64,000 nt of DNA from Opitutales bacterium (GCA_017546455.1 JAFYWY010000038.1:18735-82734); one strand, 5' to 3'. Shown: positions 1-9,404, counted from the stretch's first letter. Numbers and translations: made by a program. Notes: a model not told the origin generated them from the sequence alone.

Positions 1-60
1 TACCCTATCATTTACCCTATCATTTATCCTATCATTTATCCTATCATTTATCCTATCACC
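1..60. repeat. 12-bp tandem repeat, about 5 copies, truncated by the window edge
   Basis: Read directly: units ccctatcattta, ccctatcattta, tcctatcattta, tcctatcattta, then a diverged tcctatcacc (nt 3-60). It is in frame with the minus-strand ORF 1-1260, where it encodes GDRINDRINDRINDRVNDRV. Confidence 0.9.
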
Positions 61-1260
61 ACGAAGGAACTCAATAATCCTTTTTTGCCGTTCCGTAACG
101 TTGCCGGGGAAATTGGCGAAACCATTTTCAGAGTCATTTTTTTCTCCCTCATTCGGATTCAATTCAAACGCAAACGGGATTCGTACGCGCAAAAAGAAAT
201 CGAGAAACTCAAATACTTTTTCTCCGTATCGGCTAACGACCAAAGGCACACCGTGCCCGGTCTGCTCCATTAAATTCAGCCGGATAAACAGGCGAGCGAG
301 TTCTTCATTTACGGGCTTTGAAATTCCCCGAAAGAAGTCCTCTTTTGACAAATTCTGCGGAATGCCGCCCGTGGAAATAATTTCAATATGGTCGGTAAAG
401 ACGTATATTGCCGGCGGGGTTCCGTCCATCCAATTATTGTGCAGGCAGGCATTGAACCAAACTTCGCGAAAAACCTCTTTGTCAAACAGGCTGGTTTCCT
501 TGCGTTTTGCACCTTGTATCGAAACTCTCGTTTCGTTAATCACGTCCGCGCAATAGTCAAATGCCTGGTTCATCGCGACAATCAGACATTTGTTTCCGTA
601 TTCATTGCGGTTAACCACGCCTGCGCTTTTGTCTTTCCCGGCGAACCGCACCACTTTCACGGAAATCTCGTTTTTGTCCGCCAAGAGTTCTGCCTGCCTG
701 TTATACTTCCCCTCCGTCGTGCGCAGGTGCATATTTTCCTCAAACGTATCGTCGCTTATATTGTAGCCTTGTTCTGACAGTAAAAGGCGCAAGTATTTAA
801 AGGTAGGATTTTTTACGCTACCTTCGATTTCTGTTATTTTTATGCGGGAACTCCAGTATTTTTGTTGTGCCAAATCAATTTGCCGTTCCGTCATCGACCG
901 TACTGACGTTCCCACCCGGATAAAACAGCCCTGCGCACTCCGCCCGTACTTTTTAATGTAATAAAGGGAATCTCCTTTTTTGATTTGAATTTTTACAACG
1001 TGTTTTCCGTCAACATACTCTGAACCCAACGAAACATATTCCGGCACTGTCGGAAGTATTTGACTTTCGATGATATCGGCAAGTTTCCGCATAGTCTGAT
1101 CAAAATCACTCACACCGCAAACACAGCCGCCGTCGTCAACTCCGACATAAATAGTTCCGCCGTCCGTGTTTAAAAATGCGACAATTTCCTTTGCGACGGA
1201 ATCGCTGTATTGCCGTTTGAGCTCCGTATGCTCCGTTTCCGTAAATGTCTTCATCATCAT
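1..1260 (-). CDS. AlbA_2 (Schlafen-type divergent AAA) plus RecG-C-terminal-like ATPase-fold domain protein, putative DNA-binding regulator; 3-prime end lies outside the window
   Basis: Absent from the supplied ORF track because no stop lies inside the window. I checked all 420 frame-1 triplets of nt 1-1260 and none is tta/cta/tca. The minus strand is therefore open from the ATG at 1258-1260 down to nt 1. The translation MMMKTFTETEHTELKRQYSDSVAKEIVAFLNTDGGTIYVGVDDGG fits the AlbA_2 N-terminal signature. The later REVWFNACLHNNW...IEIISTGGIP...NEELARLFIRLNLMEQTGHGV fits the RecG-like C-terminal module. The gene starts 9 nt after the hsdM stop. Confidence 0.75.
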   Translation of the reverse strand, partial: MMMKTFTETEHTELKRQYSDSVAKEIVAFLNTDGGTIYVGVDDGGCVCGVSDFDQTMRKLADIIESQILPTVPEYVSLGSEYVDGKHVVKIQIKKGDSLYYIKKYGRSAQGCFIRVGTSVRSMTERQIDLAQQKYWSSRIKITEIEGSVKNPTFKYLRLLLSEQGYNISDDTFEENMHLRTTEGKYNRQAELLADKNEISVKVVRFAGKDKSAGVVNRNEYGNKCLIVAMNQAFDYCADVINETRVSIQGAKRKETSLFDKEVFREVWFNACLHNNWMDGTPPAIYVFTDHIEIISTGGIPQNLSKEDFFRGISKPVNEELARLFIRLNLMEQTGHGVPLVVSRYGEKVFEFLDFFLRVRIPFAFELNPNEGEKNDSENGFANFPGNVTERQKRIIEFLRGDRINDRINDRINDRVNDRV

Positions 1261-1269
1261 GCCCTTCAA

Positions 1270-2880
1270 TTACAGCTTGTAGCCGATTCCGGCGAAAGCG
1301 GCTTTCAGCATTTTTTGGCTTTCGGTTTCGCACTCCAGCAAAGCTTTCATTTCTTTTCGGATGCGTGCCATTTCGGCGGGGAAATCGATTTCCAGGTCGT
1401 GGTCGATGAACTCGATGTATTTGCTGGGAACGAGGCTCCAACCTTGCGCTTCGATTTCCCTGATGCCGACGCTGCGGTAGAGCTCGGGAACGGCATACGC
1501 GTTCCCGTCCGTTCCCTCACTTTGCCAAGTATGGTAGATATCGGCGGCTCGTCGGATTTGGGCGGCGTCTAACAGAACTTTTTTCTTCCCTTCGTTTTTG
1601 ACGGGGTTGTCCGTCCACGTGCGCAGGTCCATGAAAAGGATTTCGCCCTCGCGATTGCGCAGATTGCGCCCGTGGTATTTCCCGCCTTTTTTGTTTTGGT
1701 TCAAAATCCAAAGGGTAACGCTGATGTCCGTCGTGATAAAGAGTTCCCGCGGGAGGATAATGATGGCTTCGACTTTGTCGTTTTGAATCAGCTTTTTGCG
1801 GATTTCCACGGTATCGCTGTCTCCGAGTGCGCCGTTAGCGAGCAGGAATCCGGCAACGCCGTCCAGCGGTTTCAGGTGGGAAAGCATGTGCAAAATCCAA
1901 GCGTAGTTGGCATTGCTTTCCGGCGGCGTGGCGTAATTTGCCCAGCGGGAGTCGTTTTTCAGGTTTTCATCGTACCAGCCTTTAAGATTGAAAGGCGGGT
2001 TTGCCATGATGTAGTTGAAGTAGAGTCCTTTGTGCAGGTCGTGCGTGAAAGTGGAATCGCTTTCGCCTCCAAGGTTGTGGCTGATTCCGCGCAGTGCAAG
2101 ATTCATTTTGGCGAGGCGATAAGTCGCCGCCTCTTTTTCCTGTCCGTAAACATTGATGCGGCTGATATCCCCGCGCTTTTCCCTGATGAGGTCGGTGCTT
2201 TGAACAAACATCCCTCCGGAGCCGCAACAAGGGTCGTAGAGCGTGCCGTCAAAAGGCTCAATCATGGAGGCGATGAGCTGGACAACGTCGTGCGGCGTGT
2301 AGTATTCGCCCTCCTCTTTGGTCGCGTTGACGGCAAATTCTTTGAGGAAGTATTCGTAAACCCGTCCGATGAGGTCTTTTTCTTCACCGAACGCCTTGTG
2401 GCTGATTTTGTTAACTTCATCGACGACTTGCTTGATGTCGTTGGCGGCAAGATTTCGCGTGGTGAACGTGCCTTCCACGAAGCACCCTTTCAGCTGGGCA
2501 CTGCCGGTCGCAATACTGTGCAGTGCGGTATCGAGGGCGACGTTCAGTTTGGGCGCAGGCGTGTTGATAATGGTAGACCAACGTGCCTCTACGGGCAGAT
2601 TATAGGTGCCGTCCGTAAAGGTGGCATCATCGAAGAATGCTGCGAAGATTTCTTCATCGTCCGGATCAAGCCCTTGAGCGATTAGGTCTTCGCGCAACTT
2701 CTTGATCCCGTCTTCAAATTTTTCTCCGATAAAGCGTAAGAACACGAGCGTCAGCATCATGTCACGCTTTTCAAAAAACGAACCGGAATTGCGTGCTTTG
2801 CGCAGGATGTCCCGGCATTTGAACAGAATCGTATCTAAATTGATTTTATCGTCAGTCTTTTTCTTTGCTGCCTTTGCCAT
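1270..2880 (-). CDS. hsdM: Type I restriction-modification DNA methyltransferase subunit M (N6-adenine)
   Basis: 536-aa ORF with an ATG start. It has AdoMet motif I DPCCGSGGMF and catalytic motif IV NPPF (YIMANPPFNLKGW), plus an HsdM_N-like N-terminus (ILFKCRDILRKARNSG). The size is typical of HsdM. Confidence 0.9.
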   Translation of the reverse strand: MAKAAKKKTDDKINLDTILFKCRDILRKARNSGSFFEKRDMMLTLVFLRFIGEKFEDGIKKLREDLIAQGLDPDDEEIFAAFFDDATFTDGTYNLPVEARWSTIINTPAPKLNVALDTALHSIATGSAQLKGCFVEGTFTTRNLAANDIKQVVDEVNKISHKAFGEEKDLIGRVYEYFLKEFAVNATKEEGEYYTPHDVVQLIASMIEPFDGTLYDPCCGSGGMFVQSTDLIREKRGDISRINVYGQEKEAATYRLAKMNLALRGISHNLGGESDSTFTHDLHKGLYFNYIMANPPFNLKGWYDENLKNDSRWANYATPPESNANYAWILHMLSHLKPLDGVAGFLLANGALGDSDTVEIRKKLIQNDKVEAIIILPRELFITTDISVTLWILNQNKKGGKYHGRNLRNREGEILFMDLRTWTDNPVKNEGKKKVLLDAAQIRRAADIYHTWQSEGTDGNAYAVPELYRSVGIREIEAQGWSLVPSKYIEFIDHDLEIDFPAEMARIRKEMKALLECETESQKMLKAAFAGIGYKL

Positions 2881-3140
2881 ATTGTGCCACCTTCAGACGT
2901 ATTATGTTCGGGTAGGATAAGTCTCCGTTTTGCGTTAAGAAAATTAAGTGGGGATTCGTTAGCCAATATAACAACAAATTCCGCACAGGAACGCAAAAGC
3001 GAACTCACGGAAACAACGTCGACCAAAATAAAAATCCTCAAAAAGTGCTCCCCAAAGCACAGTAAGAAAAATATCAAAAGCTCCCCGAAAATAAGGATTT
3101 TCTTTCGCTACATTCCGAAAAATAACAAACCACGTACGAG

Positions 3141-4400
3141 CTACCCGTCAGAATCCAAGCTGTTAGGGTTGAGGAGGAAATCGCAGATTCCGGTAACAAG
3201 AATTCCGTCCTCTGTATACCACGGAGCAGGCGTATCTTTTACGACAATTATTTTTTTGAACGAGTCGTTGATATGGCGTAGGGAATTAGCTTCCTGCCGC
3301 AGTTTTTCATCATCGGCAAAAGAAAATGCCGACTGTACATAGTAGCGTCTCGAACCTTTGTTGCAGACAAAATCAACTTCCAACTGTTTACGGATTTTTT
3401 CGCCGTTTTTATCTCGGGCACTTGATACGACAACGCCGACATCCACATTAAATCCGCGAGCAAACAATTCGTTGAAGACGATGTTTTCCATCGTGTGATT
3501 TTCTTCTAATTGCCGAAAATTGATTCGCGCATTACGAAGTCCGATGTCAGTAAAATAATACTTTTTCGGGGTATCAATATAGTGTTTCCCTTTGATATCA
3601 TAGCGTACAGCTTGATTTATAATGAAGGCATCACAGAGGTAATCAAGATAGCTTTTGATCGTATTAACACTGATTTTTTTATTTTTCTTGGTTTTAAAAG
3701 TATCAGACAACTTCTTGGGATTCGTTAGAGAACCGATTCCGGAGGAAAGAATATCAATCAACTCTTCAAACTCCTCCTTGTTGCGGATTTTGTGGCGGCT
3801 GACGATGTCGTTCACATAGGTTTCAACAAAGAGATTTTTCAGGTACTCTATCTTTTGCTCGGGCGTTTTCAGCATCGCCACAGGAGGAAGACCTCCATAG
3901 AGGACATATTCATTCCACGCGTCGTACTTCGTCCCATTGTAAACAGATATAAATTCTGCAAAGGAAAGCGGATTCATATGCAAAACATCCCCGCGCCCCC
4001 GAAATTCGGTAACAATGTCTTTGGACAAAAATCTTGCATTACTTCCGGTAACATAAACATCTACATTGCTGATACGCATCAGTCCGTTGAGAACCGCTTC
4101 AAACTCTCCAAGAAGCTGAACCTCGTCAAGCAGTACATAATACATTTGATCATCTTTGAGTGCGCCCTTTACGAACGCATAAAAGACATCCGGATCCCGA
4201 TATTTTTTATTTTCGTAAGAATCGAAAGGAATCTCAAGAATGTGATCCGGAGAGATCCCTGATGCGAGAAGGTAGCCCTTAAAAAGTGAAAAAAGCAGAT
4301 AAGATTTCCCGCAACGGCGCATTCCGGTAATCACTTTAATCAATCCGTTGTGCCGCTTAGCAGTTAGTTTATTCAGGTAATAATCACGCTTAATTTCCAT
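3141..4400 (-). CDS. COG1373-type AAA+ ATPase (AAA_14 domain plus DUF4143 C-terminal domain)
   Basis: 419-aa ORF with an ATG start. Walker A is GMRRCGKS and Walker B is YVLLDEVQ. The C-terminal LEVDFVCNKG segment is typical of the DUF4143 module. The gene is visibly AT-richer than its neighbours: a hand count of sample lines gives roughly 33-48 percent GC, against about 63 percent in an acnA line. Confidence 0.85.
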   Translation of the reverse strand: MEIKRDYYLNKLTAKRHNGLIKVITGMRRCGKSYLLFSLFKGYLLASGISPDHILEIPFDSYENKKYRDPDVFYAFVKGALKDDQMYYVLLDEVQLLGEFEAVLNGLMRISNVDVYVTGSNARFLSKDIVTEFRGRGDVLHMNPLSFAEFISVYNGTKYDAWNEYVLYGGLPPVAMLKTPEQKIEYLKNLFVETYVNDIVSRHKIRNKEEFEELIDILSSGIGSLTNPKKLSDTFKTKKNKKISVNTIKSYLDYLCDAFIINQAVRYDIKGKHYIDTPKKYYFTDIGLRNARINFRQLEENHTMENIVFNELFARGFNVDVGVVVSSARDKNGEKIRKQLEVDFVCNKGSRRYYVQSAFSFADDEKLRQEANSLRHINDSFKKIIVVKDTPAPWYTEDGILVTGICDFLLNPNSLDSDG

Positions 4401-4413
4401 TGGGAATAATGTC

Positions 4414-4453
4414 TATTGAAAATTTTTGCACCTCGGCTCAGAAATTTTCAATA
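4414..4453. repeat. Perfect 12-bp inverted repeat (proximal copy) just upstream of the AAA+ ATPase start
   Basis: tattgaaaattt (4414-4425), 16-nt spacer, aaattttcaata (4442-4453). The arms are exact reverse complements. The unit ends 13 nt from the ATG at 4400 (minus strand). Confidence 0.85.
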
Positions 4454-4482
4454 AAATACACCCAAAACAAAGAAACAAACAA

Positions 4483-4532
4483 GCATTTATTGAAAATGTT
4501 CGATCCTTGACGCAAAAATTTTCAATAAATGC
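4483..4532. repeat. Perfect 15-bp inverted repeat (distal copy) sharing the core TATTGAAAAT with the proximal copy
   Basis: gcatttattgaaaat (4483-4497), 20-nt spacer, attttcaataaatgc (4518-4532). The arms are exact reverse complements. The core TATTGAAAAT therefore occurs 4 times in 120 nt, twice in each orientation. Confidence 0.85.
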
Positions 4533-4536
4533 AAAG

Positions 4537-4559
4537 AATGTGTTTCAAAAAAACACATT
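4537..4559. repeat. 9-bp perfect hairpin-forming inverted repeat
   Basis: aatgtgttt (4537-4545), loop caaaa, aaacacatt (4551-4559). It lies between the acnA terminator and the two larger inverted repeats. Confidence 0.75.
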
Positions 4560-4594
4560 TTATACCGAAGAAGCGCCAATTCCCTTAATGCCCC

Positions 4595-4629
4595 AAAAAA
4601 ACTCTCCCCTCTGTTTGGGGAGAGTTTTT
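4595..4629 (-). terminator. Rho-independent terminator downstream of acnA (bidirectional shape)
   Basis: aaaaaaa-ctctcccc-tctgttt-ggggagag-ttttt. This is an 8-bp GC-rich stem with a 7-nt loop. On the minus strand it is followed by a T7 tract, 16 nt after the acnA stop. Confidence 0.7.
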
Positions 4630-4644
4630 CGGGAAAGTTTGGGC

Positions 4645-7296
4645 TTAGCCCAAGATTTTTCGGAGCACGTATTGGAGGATACCGCCGTTGGCGAGGTAGT
4701 GCGATTCCGCAAGCGTATCGATGCGGCAGAGAAGCGTCGTCTTCGCGACTTCGCCATTGGCGCGACGGATAACTAGCGTCACCGTTTGCTTCGGCTTCAC
4801 GGGATTTTCCAAGCCTTCGATGTCGAAGGTCTCCGTGCCGTCGAGGCCGAGCGATTCCGCGCTTTCGCCGTTTGTGAATTCGAGCGGAAGCACACCCATC
4901 CCGATGAGGTTCGATCGGTGAATGCGTTCGAAACTCTGCGCGACAACCGCGCGCACGCCGAGAAGCGCTGCGCCCTTCGCCGCCCAGTCGCGGGACGAGC
5001 CCATGCCGTAATCAACGCCGGCAAACACAATAAGCGGCGTCCCCGCCTTTTTGTAGGCTTCGCTGGCTTCGAAGATCGTCGTCAACGTACCCGCAGGTTG
5101 CAGCTTCGTAAAACCGCCTTCTTTGCCGTCCGCCATCTTGTTTTTGATACGGACATTGGCAAAGGTGCCGCGTACCATGATGCGGTCGTTCCCGCGACGG
5201 GAACCGTAGGTGTTGAATTTTTCACGCGGAATGCCGCGCTCGGTCAGATATTTTCCGGCGGGTGTTTCCGGAGCAAAGGCGCCGGCGGGCGAAATATGGT
5301 CGGTCGTTACGGAATCGCCGAGAATGGCAAGCGGGCGCATGCCTTCAAGCTTGGCGGGCGACGGGAGCGCCATGCCGAACCCCTCGAAATACGGCGGGAG
5401 CTGGACATAGGTCGAGTCGTCGCGCCAGCCGAAAAGCGCTCCCGTCGTCGCGGGAACGGTCTTCCATTCTGCCGTTGCGTCATCGAAGGACGCGTAACGT
5501 CTTTCAAACATTTCAGGCTTCACGCCGGCAGCGATGAGTGCGTCGATTTCCTCCTGCTTCGGCCAAATATCCTTGAGATAGACGGGCTGTCCGCCCGTAC
5601 CCGTACCGATCGGCTCGTTCTCCAAGTCAATGTCGACGCGCCCTGCGAGCGCAAAAGCGACAACGAGAGGCGGAGACATGAGGAAGTTCGACTTGATAAG
5701 CGGGTGAATGCGGGCTTCAAAATTGCGGTTGCCGGAAAGCACGCTTGCAGTGATAAGCTTCCCGTCGCGGATTGCGCCTTCGATTTCGGGAGCAAGCGGA
5801 CCGGAATTACCGATGCAGGTCGCACAGCCGTAACCGACGAGGTTGAAGCCGAGCTTGTCCAAATACGGTGTAAGCCCCGTGGCATTCAAATAATCCGTGA
5901 CAACGCGGGAACCCGGAGCAAGCGAAGTCTTCACGTACGCGGGAACGCTCAAACCCTTTTCAACGGCGCGCTTGGCAAGCAAGCCGGCGGCAATCAGTAC
6001 GCTCGGGTTCGACGTATTCGTGCAACTCGTAATCGCTGCGATAACAACCGAACCGTCACGCAGAGAGCCGGACGCCGTAGCATCTCCCTTGCTTTCTTCG
6101 CGGAAGCGGTTGAACGCCTCTTTCACATTGCCGAGCTCGATACGATCCTGCGGGCGCTTCGGGCCCGCGACGGAATGCGTAATCGTCGAAAGATCCAGTT
6201 CGATGACCTTCGTATAGTTGATTTCACCCGCCTTCGGCATCCCGAAGAGGCCTTGCGCCTGCAGGTAATCGCGGACGACGGCGACTTTTTTCTCGTCGCG
6301 GCCGGTGAGACGCTGGTAATCGAGCGTTTTTTCGTCCACGGGGAAAAAGCCCATCGTCGCGCCGTATTCCGGAGCCATATTCGCGACGGTTGCGCGGTCG
6401 GCAAGCGAGAGCGTAGCCGCGCCTTCGCCGAAGAATTCGACGAATTTGCCGACGACCTTCGCCGCACGCAAAATTTCCGTCACACGGAGCGCGAGGTCCG
6501 TCGCCAAAACACCTTCCGGAAGCGTTCCCGTGAGGTGGACGCCGATAACTTCCGGCGTTTGGAAGCATACCGGCTGGCCAAGCATGCCGGCTTCCGCCTC
6601 AATCCCGCCGACGCCCCAACCGACGACGCCGATGCCGTTGACCATGGTCGTGTGCGAGTCCGTTCCGACAACGGAATCCGGATAGAAAATCGTTCCGGCC
6701 GAGGTTTCTTTTTCGAAAACAACGCGGGCAAGGTATTCCAAGTTCACTTGGTGGCAAATGCCGACGGCGGGCGGAACGACGGAGAAAGTCTTAAATGCGC
6801 CCTGTCCCCACTTGAGCAGCTCGTAGCGCTCGGTGTTGCGGGAAAAATCCTTTTCGATATTTTTGCGGAAGGCATCCGACGTCCCCGCATAGTCGATTTG
6901 CACCGAGTGGTCCACAACCATATCCATCGGTACGAGCGGTTCGATGAGCGCAGGATCGCGGCCGAGTTTGGCAACGGCATCGCGCATCGCGGCGAGGTCC
7001 ACGAGCAAAGCCACGCCCGTCAGGTCCTGAAGTAACACGCGGGCAACCGTAAACGGAATTTCGGTGTCGGCGGGCGTTTCCGCGTTCCAATTGGCGAGCG
7101 CACGCACGTCGTTTTCCGTAATCAGCGTACCGTCGCAATTGCGCAACACACTTTCGAGGACGACGCGGAGACAAACCGGCATTTTGGAGACTTGTCCGAT
7201 ACCAGCCTGTTCGAGCGCCGGAATACTGTAATAAAAACCTTTTTTGCCCGCAGCCGGGCAGTTGAATTCGCGAAGCGTCTGGAAAGGATTATTCAT
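4645..7296 (-). CDS. acnA: Aconitate hydratase A
   Basis: 883 aa with an ATG start. It carries the aconitase Fe-S ligand motifs [11 protein letters not shown] and [12 protein letters not shown]. Length and N-terminus fit the AcnA/IRP type. Confidence 0.95.
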   Translation of the reverse strand: MNNPFQTLREFNCPAAGKKGFYYSIPALEQAGIGQVSKMPVCLRVVLESVLRNCDGTLITENDVRALANWNAETPADTEIPFTVARVLLQDLTGVALLVDLAAMRDAVAKLGRDPALIEPLVPMDMVVDHSVQIDYAGTSDAFRKNIEKDFSRNTERYELLKWGQGAFKTFSVVPPAVGICHQVNLEYLARVVFEKETSAGTIFYPDSVVGTDSHTTMVNGIGVVGWGVGGIEAEAGMLGQPVCFQTPEVIGVHLTGTLPEGVLATDLALRVTEILRAAKVVGKFVEFFGEGAATLSLADRATVANMAPEYGATMGFFPVDEKTLDYQRLTGRDEKKVAVVRDYLQAQGLFGMPKAGEINYTKVIELDLSTITHSVAGPKRPQDRIELGNVKEAFNRFREESKGDATASGSLRDGSVVIAAITSCTNTSNPSVLIAAGLLAKRAVEKGLSVPAYVKTSLAPGSRVVTDYLNATGLTPYLDKLGFNLVGYGCATCIGNSGPLAPEIEGAIRDGKLITASVLSGNRNFEARIHPLIKSNFLMSPPLVVAFALAGRVDIDLENEPIGTGTGGQPVYLKDIWPKQEEIDALIAAGVKPEMFERRYASFDDATAEWKTVPATTGALFGWRDDSTYVQLPPYFEGFGMALPSPAKLEGMRPLAILGDSVTTDHISPAGAFAPETPAGKYLTERGIPREKFNTYGSRRGNDRIMVRGTFANVRIKNKMADGKEGGFTKLQPAGTLTTIFEASEAYKKAGTPLIVFAGVDYGMGSSRDWAAKGAALLGVRAVVAQSFERIHRSNLIGMGVLPLEFTNGESAESLGLDGTETFDIEGLENPVKPKQTVTLVIRRANGEVAKTTLLCRIDTLAESHYLANGGILQYVLRKILG

Positions 7297-7440
7297 AAAA
7301 TGCCGCCATCTTAGGAAAACACAAGCGCTCCCGCGAGATATTTATTGCTCCTGAGCAGGCCGGGACATCCCCGGCTTAACCGGTCCCCGAGACGGGATAC
7401 GCCGGAAGGCTCCTGACGGTCTCAGGCAAATGCGAAAAGC

Positions 7441-8370
7441 CTAACGCTTTTTCTTCGTCCAAATACGCAGGCAATTCAGCAAAAACGCCTCGACAACGGC
7501 ACCATCCTGCATGTTGAGCTCGAGCAAACGATTGAGGTGTTCCAGCAAGGCACAGGATTTCGCCGTTTCGCTCACGAGCGGCGTACCCGCATTTGCGCGC
7601 AAAGAAAGGTGTAAAAGGGCCTCCTGCATCTCCGCAAGCAGGCGATGACGCACACCGCGGGAAGCCCCCGCCTGCATGGCGTCCTTCTGGTCGGCATTTA
7701 CGCCGGAAGGAAGCGTGCTTTCGATACGCTCCCACTCCTGATCCGAGATTTCTTTAACAAGCCCCTGAAACCGCACGGTAAGCGCGTAAACAGAGAATAC
7801 GGACTTTCCGATATCTCCGGCTCCGCTTCCGTCGATTAAGTCCTCAATCCAGCTTTCAAAATCCTTGAGCCAAAGCCGCCATTCTTCGTGCTCGATACGG
7901 TCCTCGCCGGGAATGCGGAAATGGAGGCAACGGGAATGAATCGTCGGCAGAATTTTGTTAATCGACGTCGTCATCAGGAAAATAAACGTTCCCGCCGGCG
8001 GCTCTTCGAGCGTCTTGAGAAAAGCATTTGCCGAATCGCGTCCGAGGCGATCCGCATCGTAAATACAAGCCACTTTGCGGTCGCCGAAAGCCGGAGACTG
8101 CTGAATCTCCTTAACCAGAGCAAGAACGTTTTCGATCCCGATGGTCCGCGACTTGTTTGCCGGGCGCAGCGTGTGAAAGTCGAGAGACTTTTCGGCGGGA
8201 ACACCCAGCAGCTTGGACGCCAGGCAAGTGCAAACCTGCTCCAAAGCCCTCGCGGAGCCACCGTAAAAAAGGATGCCGTGCGGAAGCCGGTTGTGCTCTG
8301 CAGCATCAAAAAGCACGCGTACGGAACGCGCTTTCGCAAGAAGGGGCGGCAAATTTTCGAGAGAGTTCAT
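7441..8370 (-). CDS. holB: DNA polymerase III subunit delta-prime
   Basis: 309 aa. It has a degenerate P-loop region (HGILFYGGSARALEQ), then RKVACIYDADRLGRDSANAFLKTLEEPP and ILPTIHSRC, the clamp-loader delta-prime signature. Confidence 0.85.
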   Translation of the reverse strand: MNSLENLPPLLAKARSVRVLFDAAEHNRLPHGILFYGGSARALEQVCTCLASKLLGVPAEKSLDFHTLRPANKSRTIGIENVLALVKEIQQSPAFGDRKVACIYDADRLGRDSANAFLKTLEEPPAGTFIFLMTTSINKILPTIHSRCLHFRIPGEDRIEHEEWRLWLKDFESWIEDLIDGSGAGDIGKSVFSVYALTVRFQGLVKEISDQEWERIESTLPSGVNADQKDAMQAGASRGVRHRLLAEMQEALLHLSLRANAGTPLVSETAKSCALLEHLNRLLELNMQDGAVVEAFLLNCLRIWTKKKR

Positions 8371-8394
8371 GGGTATCTGATCCTTCCTCGGAGC

Positions 8395-8898
8395 TTATTC
8401 GCTACGCTCGCGCTTGCAACGAAAATACGCCTGAACGATTTCGCGGCAGGCATCTTCCATCACACCGGAATCCACCTGCGGGCGATGATTCGTACGGGGC
8501 AAATCCTGCAACGCCGTCGCACCGCCCATGCATCCCATTTTTGGGTCTCCCCAAGCATAAACAACGCGTCCCATGCGCGCAATAAGCATCGCCCCCGAAC
8601 ACATCGGACACGGCTCTTTCGTCACATAAAGCGTACACGCGTTAAGCCTCCAGTCCCCGAGGGTCTTGGCCGCCTGCGTAATCGCAAGCATCTCGGCATG
8701 AGCCGTCGGATCGGTGGACGCCACCGTCCGGTTGTGGGCTGAGGCAATAATAATCCCGTCGGAGACGATGACCGCTCCGACGGGAACTTCGTCCTCTTTC
8801 CAAGCTTCAACCGCTTCATTGAACGCGTGCGCCATAAAATAGGCATCATCGCGAACAAGCTCGGACGGGAAGACTTTCTGAAAAGGACACGGAATCAT
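8395..8898 (-). CDS. tadA: tRNA adenosine(34) deaminase
   Basis: 167 aa. It has the CDA-fold zinc motifs HAEMLAI and PCPMCSGAM at TadA spacing. Confidence 0.9.
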   Translation of the reverse strand: MIPCPFQKVFPSELVRDDAYFMAHAFNEAVEAWKEDEVPVGAVIVSDGIIIASAHNRTVASTDPTAHAEMLAITQAAKTLGDWRLNACTLYVTKEPCPMCSGAMLIARMGRVVYAWGDPKMGCMGGATALQDLPRTNHRPQVDSGVMEDACREIVQAYFRCKRERSE

Positions 8899-8955
8899 GG
8901 CTTAGAGCTTAGCACGCTTTCGCCATTTTCCGAAGCTTTTTAGAAAAAAATACTA

Positions 8956-9222
8956 CTACTTCGCGGCAGCTTTTTTCTTCTTCGCCGAATTCTCCTCGCG
9001 CTTTTTGCGCTTGTCGGCTTCCTTGATGCGGTTCGGGAGATCCGTGCGAGCGCCCCAGTAGGTGTTTTCGTCGCTGACCGACTTACCCAAAGAGCGTAAT
9101 TTCTCAATCACGGAAATACGAACGAACTTGGAAACAGGCATCCGCAATTCCTTGGAGATTTCATGAAGCTTGTCAACAAGCTCCGCGTTAATAGAGATGT
9201 TATATCTGACTGACATTCCCAT
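8956..9222 (-). CDS. Small ribbon-helix-helix (CopG/Arc-like) protein with a lysine-rich tail
   Basis: 88 aa with an ATG start. The N-terminal RYNISINAELVDKLHEISKELRMPVSKFVRISVIEKL has the beta-strand/helix/helix pattern of RHH DNA-binding domains. The C-terminus is KRKKREENSAKKKKAAAK. The family call is tentative. Confidence 0.5.
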   Translation of the reverse strand: MGMSVRYNISINAELVDKLHEISKELRMPVSKFVRISVIEKLRSLGKSVSDENTYWGARTDLPNRIKEADKRKKREENSAKKKKAAAK

Positions 9223-9404
9223 AGATGGTTAATCCTAATTGTTTTTGAATTAAAAGCGAGACAGAAAAACGCAAAAACCTAAGTTTCCGATGGAAAAAGA
9301 GGGATTTCGCGCCATTTTTCCGATTTTCCCCGTAGAACTATCGGAAATTACCACCCGCCTCACAAAGAAATGATGAGACGAGAGCGATTATTTCTTGTTT
9401 GCCA

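Noticed and set aside
1-60. Possible CRISPR array or mobile-element end at the window start
   Set aside because: The units are directly contiguous 12-mers with no spacers, and they lie in frame within a coding region. No cas genes or transposase are nearby.
101-777. Plus-strand ORFs of 151 and 129 aa at the left edge, the only track ORFs there
   Set aside because: The opposite strand is open for all 420 codons and encodes recognisable AlbA_2 and RecG-C-like motifs. The plus ORFs have no motifs and odd composition.
3040-3060. Weak terminator-like hairpin (gtgct-ttgggg-agcac plus T5 on the minus strand) between the AAA+ ATPase gene and hsdM
   Set aside because: The stem is only 5 bp, which is too marginal to report as a feature.
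4786-7035. 749-aa plus-strand ORF opposite acnA
   Set aside because: acnA on the minus strand is unambiguous from its Fe-S ligand motifs and full length. The antisense ORF is Arg-rich low complexity.
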